From a virus, in the IMG/VR virus record IMGVR_UViG_3300031416_000024, positions 1 through 42,784 of that record: a stretch of DNA of 42,784 nucleotides; one strand, written 5' to 3'. A model generated the notes under the pieces. It was not told the origin of the DNA, searched no databases, and saw nothing but the letters and a program-made list of their open reading frames with translations. Position 1 is the stretch's first letter; every line of letters starts with the position of its first letter. Below are positions 41,026 to 42,784 of the stretch, one piece after another. The position numbers and the translations under genes are program-made.

Positions 41026-41739
41026 ATGGCTTACCAACTAAAGACAACAGGCGGAAATCAGGGCAAAAAGCTTGACCTGTTGAATTATGGTTTGCCGGAT
41101 ACTCACAAGACTTTATCAATCGCAAAACTTGCCGGATTGGGATTTAGTCCTATAGTTATCGCTTGCGATCCTGGCGGTATGACAACATTGCAGGGAATGA
41201 CAACTTTGCAGGGTTCTGATATTCCCTTCGTTGAGGTTAATTCTCCTGGCGATGCTTTCCATTGGCTTGGTGATGTGTATAAAGGTAAGTTTAATTTATC
41301 TCAATTCGATTTAATTTGCGTTGACGGATTATCAAATTTCTCCTATATGTGTTTAAAGGCAACGGGGGAAAACTCAAATGATCGTCGCCTTGATTATGCT
41401 AGGGCTAATATTGAATTTAGGCGCTTTGTTGATGACGTTAGGCGTTTGCCTCTTCATCTATATTGCAATGCATTCGAGGGGGAAGTGAAAAATCATCCTG
41501 AAGGCGCAAGGTTTGGGCCTATGTGTGAGGGTAATAAATTCTCAATACAATTTGCAGGATTGTTTAACAGCGTTTTCCGTTCATTTAATTATGTTGAAAA
41601 CGGTTTGAATAAAGTTGCTGTACAATGTAAATTTGATGGTTCGCACATTGCAAGAGAGCGAACCTCAAGCTGTAATCCTTACGAGCCGTCAATAGATATT
41701 GCGGTTTCTAAAATCCTTAAACTAAATCAAGCGAGTTAA
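41026..41739 (+). CDS. Sak4-like RecA-fold ATPase (ssDNA annealing/recombination) with an atypical Walker A
   Basis: The track ORF starts at 40978. ATG at 41026 follows an AAGGGGG RBS. LLNYGLPDTHKT sits at the Walker A position and ICVDGLS at Walker B. Adjacent to a DUF669-type gene, as is usual for Sak4. Confidence 0.55.
   Translation: MAYQLKTTGGNQGKKLDLLNYGLPDTHKTLSIAKLAGLGFSPIVIACDPGGMTTLQGMTTLQGSDIPFVEVNSPGDAFHWLGDVYKGKFNLSQFDLICVDGLSNFSYMCLKATGENSNDRRLDYARANIEFRRFVDDVRRLPLHLYCNAFEGEVKNHPEGARFGPMCEGNKFSIQFAGLFNSVFRSFNYVENGLNKVAVQCKFDGSHIARERTSSCNPYEPSIDIAVSKILKLNQAS
41179..41214 (+). repeat. 18-bp tandem duplication inside the Sak4-like CDS
   Basis: atgacaacattgcaggga / atgacaactttgcagggt (2 mismatches) encodes MTTLQG twice. 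Confidence 0.9.
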
Positions 41740-41742
41740 TTT

Positions 41743-42747
41743 ATGAATAACAATTTCGGTAATAACGGTTTTGGCGGCGGTCAGCAGAATGGTTTTCAGC
41801 AACAGGGCCAGCAACAAAATAATGGCTTTGGTCAGCAGCAACAGCAAAACGGTTTTCAGCAGCAAGGCGGATTCCAGCAGCAGAATAATTTCGGCGGCGG
41901 CGCAAGTGGCAGCATGTTTGTTGATAATGGCGCTGCTCCTGATTCTGGTCGCGGAACGCTCCCTAAGGGTCTTTACCCTGTTCGAATCACAAACGCCGAA
42001 TACAAAGAAAACAACAGCCATACCGGATGGATTCTTGCTTTAGAAAACACGGTTATTGATGGCGTTTTTGCTGGCCGTAAAATTTTCGACAATTACAACC
42101 TTCAGCACCAAAACGAGACAACGCAAAATATTGCGCAGTCTCAGTATGCGAAACTTTGTCAGTCTATTTTTGGCAACGCTCAAAACCGTCCAAACAATCC
42201 GGCCCAGCTAATCGGCGGAGAATATACGATTGATTACGGCATGGAGCGTAAGAAAAAACAGGCTAACGATGCCGTTTATGGAGCGGAAACAACGGAAAGC
42301 GAAGAGCCGCGCATGCAGGTTAACGATCGCATGCCGCTGTCAGCTTACAAGCCAGCAGGCCAGCAGCAACAGCCAATGACTCAGCAGGGATTTGGTCAGC
42401 AGCAAATTAATCCTCAACAGACTTCCCAGCAGCAGCAGGGTTTCGCGAATCAGCATAATCAAAACATGCAACAGCAGGGGCAGCAGCAAAACGGTTTTCA
42501 GCAGCAGGGGCAGCAGCAACAGCCTGGGTTTCAGGGAAATGACGGTTCACAAGGACAGCAGCAGGCCGGATTCTCTGGTCAGCAAAACGGAGATGTACAA
42601 CATGCTCAAGGACAGGGGCAGAACGGAAACGGTCAAGGCGCTGGAGCGCCACAAAATAATCAGCCCGCAAACAACACTGCCGGAAATGTAAATCCGTTCA
42701 ATAATGGCGGTAATAACGGTTTTGGCGGCGGCTTCGGTAGCATGTAG
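41743..42747 (+). CDS. DUF669-type ssDNA-binding-like protein flanked by Q/N/G/F-rich low-complexity tails
   Basis: The core TLPKGLYPVRITNAEYKENNSHTGWILALENTVIDGVFAGRKIFDNYNL resembles the DUF669 family. Residues 1-55 and ~200-334 are GF/QQQ repeats. Confidence 0.65.
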   Translation: MNNNFGNNGFGGGQQNGFQQQGQQQNNGFGQQQQQNGFQQQGGFQQQNNFGGGASGSMFVDNGAAPDSGRGTLPKGLYPVRITNAEYKENNSHTGWILALENTVIDGVFAGRKIFDNYNLQHQNETTQNIAQSQYAKLCQSIFGNAQNRPNNPAQLIGGEYTIDYGMERKKKQANDAVYGAETTESEEPRMQVNDRMPLSAYKPAGQQQQPMTQQGFGQQQINPQQTSQQQQGFANQHNQNMQQQGQQQNGFQQQGQQQQPGFQGNDGSQGQQQAGFSGQQNGDVQHAQGQGQNGNGQGAGAPQNNQPANNTAGNVNPFNNGGNNGFGGGFGSM

Positions 42748-42784
42748 TTTAGGCCATAAATCATAAGGGGCTTCGGCCCCTTTT
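42658..42784. repeat. Direct terminal repeat, copy 2 (identical to 1-127)
   Basis: Exact 127-nt match to the window start. Confidence 0.97.

Noticed and set aside
41722-42691. ORFs 41722..42021(-), 41771..42043(+), 42392..42691(+) and 42407..42670(-)
   Set aside because: They are alternative frames of the CAG/CAA/GGT-rich low-complexity parts of the SSB-like gene. Such repeats stay open in several frames.
1-42784. Integrase, excisionase, CI repressor, tRNA, retron/DGR reverse transcriptase, or toxin-antitoxin pairs
   Set aside because: None of the translations shows the characteristic motifs: no tyrosine or serine recombinase signatures and no RT YxDD. No cloverleaf-like RNA was seen by eye. 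Absence cannot be proven without profile searches.

Overview
The window is one complete genome of a tailed dsDNA phage. Bases 1-127 recur exactly at 42658-42784, so the unit length is 42,657 bp, either a circular assembly overlap or true terminal redundancy.

The genome has two arms.
- A short + strand replication/recombination operon runs from 41026 through the repeat junction to 4658. It encodes a Sak4-like ATPase, a DUF669 SSB-like protein with Q/N/G/F-rich tails, a Cas4-like Fe-S nuclease, an SF2 helicase and a PolB-exo-like 3'-5' exonuclease.
- A long - strand arm runs from 40954 down to 4694. In order it encodes:
  - a Cro-like HTH protein, a primase-polymerase/helicase and a small C5-methyltransferase-like protein;
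  - a 0.7-kb non-coding iteron plus AT-rich region;
  - many small early ORFs and a lysis cassette (holin, GH24 endolysin, overlapped spanins);
  - HTH, HNH and MazG-like genes;
  - an HK97/lambda-type morphogenesis module: TerS(P27)-TerL-portal-protease-MCP-connectors-V-G/GT(-1 frameshift)-TMP-[3-gene insert]-M-L-K-I-Stf/depolymerase-J.

No integrase, CI-type repressor, tRNA or CRISPR array was seen, so the phage is probably virulent. The host is unknown.

The strongest unexplained signal is a ~15-nt oriented DNA word, GGGCAAGTGGTGGAAW.
- Its core has 16 exact copies plus about 5 near copies.
- Copies lie in all reading frames and in intergenic DNA.
- The + strand copies are unusually evenly spaced.

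Other notable items:
- the purine/pyrimidine iteron field, a candidate origin;
- moron-like cassettes bracketed by terminators;
- re-used identical terminators;
- operator-like repeats around consensus promoters.

All functional calls come from reading motifs in the translations by eye. No database search was run.
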